A stretch of 64,000 nucleotides of DNA. It comes from a virus (taxonomy: Duplodnaviria; Caudoviricetes). The DNA lies in the IMG/VR virus record IMGVR_UViG_3300037484_000776, positions 1 through 64,000 of that record. One strand, written 5' to 3'. The position numbers and the translations under genes are program-made. Below, piece by piece: positions 61,870 through 64,000 of this stretch. A model generated the notes under the pieces. It was not told the origin of the DNA and did no database searches. It saw only the letters and a program-made list of their open reading frames with translations. Numbering within the stretch: the first letter of the stretch is position 1; each line of letters opens with the position of its first letter.

Positions 61870-64000
61870 AGAAATAAGACGGCTCCACTCCCTTTGCCTT
61901 TAGCTTTTCCATGTCCAGCATACAAACTGAACGAGGAGTCCTACCGTCAGGATGCTGTCCCTGATAAGAGATAAAATAATCCTCGTTCTCCAGGTCCCTG
62001 TAGACTTGCTCTGCCTTGATATAGATCGGCGGTTCTGAGAGATCCCTCATCCATCGCTTATACAAGAAGATGACCATATGTATGTCGATGTGTAATCTCC
62101 CATCTATGGTCGCATAGTGTACGTTTTGCTGTAAGCCGTTATCTCTCCAATGACCTCCAGAATAGTAGGCTTGAGCCATCTCTCCAAGGGTAGTTATAAA
62201 GATGTCCATCTCTGTACGACTCTTGGTCATAATAATCTCCTCCTTGTGCTGATCAAGCTCTGAATCCAATGCCGCTTTAAGCTCCTCGAACTTCTCTCTT
62301 AACTCCTCCAACCCAAGGTGGTCTACCAGCTGGTTCTTTAAAAACTCCAGACCGACATACAGGCAGGCATAAGCAAACTTGGGCCTGTCTGGCAAACCAT
62401 ACGGGATCTTCTCTAAGTACTCCTCGATCTTTTCCTTGGTCCAGCTTGTAGGCGTTCTCAAGGCCCTCAAGGTTAGAAACTTGGCGGCCTTTAAGATCAG
62501 GTCCTGCCCTTCGGTCGCCACCTTGTAATGCTTATCCCTGCCGGCCTTTCCTCTTACTGCCATACAGACCGAAACAGTTCTCTCTTGTAGAGCCGGAACT
62601 TCAGGTATCTGCTCCGAGCAATAAATCAAAGGAGAAGTGGTCTTCAAAGAAGCCACGTCCGCCCCTATCTGTCCTTGTTGCTTCCCGCTGCTTAGCATTC
62701 CTCTAGGAACTGACATCCCGTTCCATGCCGACTTTAAGATCTCCGTAACAAAAGAGAACATAGAGTGGACTGAGAACTTACTCTTGTTGAACTCTTCAAA
62801 TATCCTAGGGATAGTCGTAGTTGTCGCAGCCACCTTTACAATGGGAAACTTTGTGGATAGCGTGACCACTACCGGGTCCATATTCTCTCCCCCATACCTT
62901 ACTCCGTTCAGCAAGCAGAACAATAAGCTCGTTGCTGTCTTCCCAGACCCCCTGACTCCCCACATATTTAGCAGGGGGAACTGAATATAATCTGCCATGA
63001 TGTGTGCCTTAAGATGGCAAGCTCCGTGCCAGGCCAGAAGATGTGCTACTGTCTTAGGGTTGTTGACTTCCATGAGACTAAATAATACGTCGCTTATCTC
63101 TGGTTTTTCGTTCTCAACAATGTCTTCTACATGCTTTAGACAGGGCGATCCCTCTACTTTACCAAGCGTTTGGTGGGTATCTTGCATCTGGTATTGGCTG
63201 ATAGACCACCCCGGTTCCACGTAAGTCATAACCCTGTGCTTCTGTCTCACCGTATTTATCACGATCCCGACAACATTTGAGTACATTATCTGGTCGAGAT
63301 TATCGGACGATGCAAACACAAACTGCTTCATCCTCTGCACATCAGTATCTGTTCCTACAAACGTTGCGTTGCTGATCCCCTCGAAGGTTTTGATCAGCTC
63401 ACTCCTTGATCTAAATGCAGTTTCAGGAACTATCCTGTCACCTATATCAAGTCCTTCAACTCTCACGCTCATCTTCGTCCCCATTCTACTAGTTGTACTT
63501 GTGTTAGCATCCTCTTCAAAGTAGCACTCTACCGGGGTAAAGGTAAAATTACTTATAGCTCTCGTCGGCAACCCTTCCTCGTCAGTTGCCATGTATCCTG
63601 TGTCTTGAAGCAGGATAGCAGTCCTTAGTGTTGCATCGGGTTCGACTCCATTTACCTTGCTAACTGCCTGCAAGGGGCATCCCTGGCAAGGCGCGCCCCC
63701 GACTATCTTCCTCATCGCTGCACAGGAGAACTCATACTTCTGAGTAGACCTCATATATGAGGTTTGCATCAGTAGGTGTTCTCTCTTCTTCTGTACAGTA
63801 GGGTAGCTGCCGCTATCTATCGACTTCGCTGCCCGATCTATCAAAGTATTGGCAACCGCTGGTTGGCATCCTGCCCGGCTTATGAAAATCCCCAGATTCA
63901 TAGCTATCTGGTTAAAGTTAGATTGCTGCTCCTTTACCTTTCCATCGCAAACCATCTCTATGCAAGCTGGTGGCGTCTCAGTAAACGGCTGTAGATCCTT
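61859..64000 (-). CDS. Primase-helicase, C-terminal part (5' end beyond the window)
   Basis: Frame is open to the window edge (KDLQPFTETPPACIEMV...); primase C-terminal-like Cys motifs, then P-loop WGVRGSGKT and Walker B-like IFEE. Confidence 0.8.
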   Translation of the reverse strand, partial: KDLQPFTETPPACIEMVCDGKVKEQQSNFNQIAMNLGIFISRAGCQPAVANTLIDRAAKSIDSGSYPTVQKKREHLLMQTSYMRSTQKYEFSCAAMRKIVGGAPCQGCPLQAVSKVNGVEPDATLRTAILLQDTGYMATDEEGLPTRAISNFTFTPVECYFEEDANTSTTSRMGTKMSVRVEGLDIGDRIVPETAFRSRSELIKTFEGISNATFVGTDTDVQRMKQFVFASSDNLDQIMYSNVVGIVINTVRQKHRVMTYVEPGWSISQYQMQDTHQTLGKVEGSPCLKHVEDIVENEKPEISDVLFSLMEVNNPKTVAHLLAWHGACHLKAHIMADYIQFPLLNMWGVRGSGKTATSLLFCLLNGVRYGGENMDPVVVTLSTKFPIVKVAATTTTIPRIFEEFNKSKFSVHSMFSFVTEILKSAWNGMSVPRGMLSSGKQQGQIGADVASLKTTSPLIYCSEQIPEVPALQERTVSVCMAVRGKAGRDKHYKVATEGQDLILKAAKFLTLRALRTPTSWTKEKIEEYLEKIPYGLPDRPKFAYACLYVGLEFLKNQLVDHLGLEELREKFEELKAALDSELDQHKEEIIMTKSRTEMDIFITTLGEMAQAYYSGGHWRDNGLQQNVHYATIDGRLHIDIHMVIFLYKRWMRDLSEPPIYIKAEQVYRDLENEDYFISYQGQHPDGRTPRSVCMLDMEKLKAKGVEPSYFYGQ

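Noticed and set aside
1-64000. Alternative genetic code, integrase/repressor module, tRNA or rRNA genes
   Set aside because: Genes are full length under code 11 with all three stops used; no recombinase, CI-like or RNA-gene signatures seen

Overview
A 64-kb segment of a large tailed dsDNA phage (Caudoviricetes). The long tape measure and absence of a sheath gene imply a siphovirus-type tail. The host is probably a Gram-negative proteobacterium, inferred from lipoprotein, OmpA-like, H-NS-like and DUF1640-like genes. Layout: (1) 1-3.4 kb is mostly non-coding, with repeats and many hairpins, and carries 17 copies of CGCGCCTA (candidate origin or packaging region, possibly a large structured RNA). 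(2) On the + strand, 3.5-42.7 kb holds a small-terminase-like gene, a displaced tail-fibre/lectin module, a 5-kb cluster of small exported proteins and holin-like genes, lambda-like head genes (GpA-type TerL, portal, S49 protease with nested scaffold, decoration protein, MCP), neck and tail genes, a 2117-aa tape measure with an Slt domain, and tail-tip genes. (3) On the - strand, 42.8-64 kb holds an H-NS-like gene, an intein-containing class II RNR, SbcC/SbcD, a resolvase, a DEDDh exonuclease, a PolA, an SSB-like protein, an intein-containing SNF2 helicase and a truncated primase-helicase. No integrase, repressor, tRNA, rRNA, CRISPR array, reverse transcriptase or free-standing endolysin was recognised. 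The strongest novelty candidates are a self-contained secreted fibre/amyloid-like three-gene cassette with an OmpA-type anchor (12.4-14.15 kb), an antisense Rha gene under a multi-stem 5' leader that occludes its own RBS (27.5-28.4 kb), and the repeat/hairpin region at the left end. All family assignments come from motif recognition by eye; no database search or folding was run.
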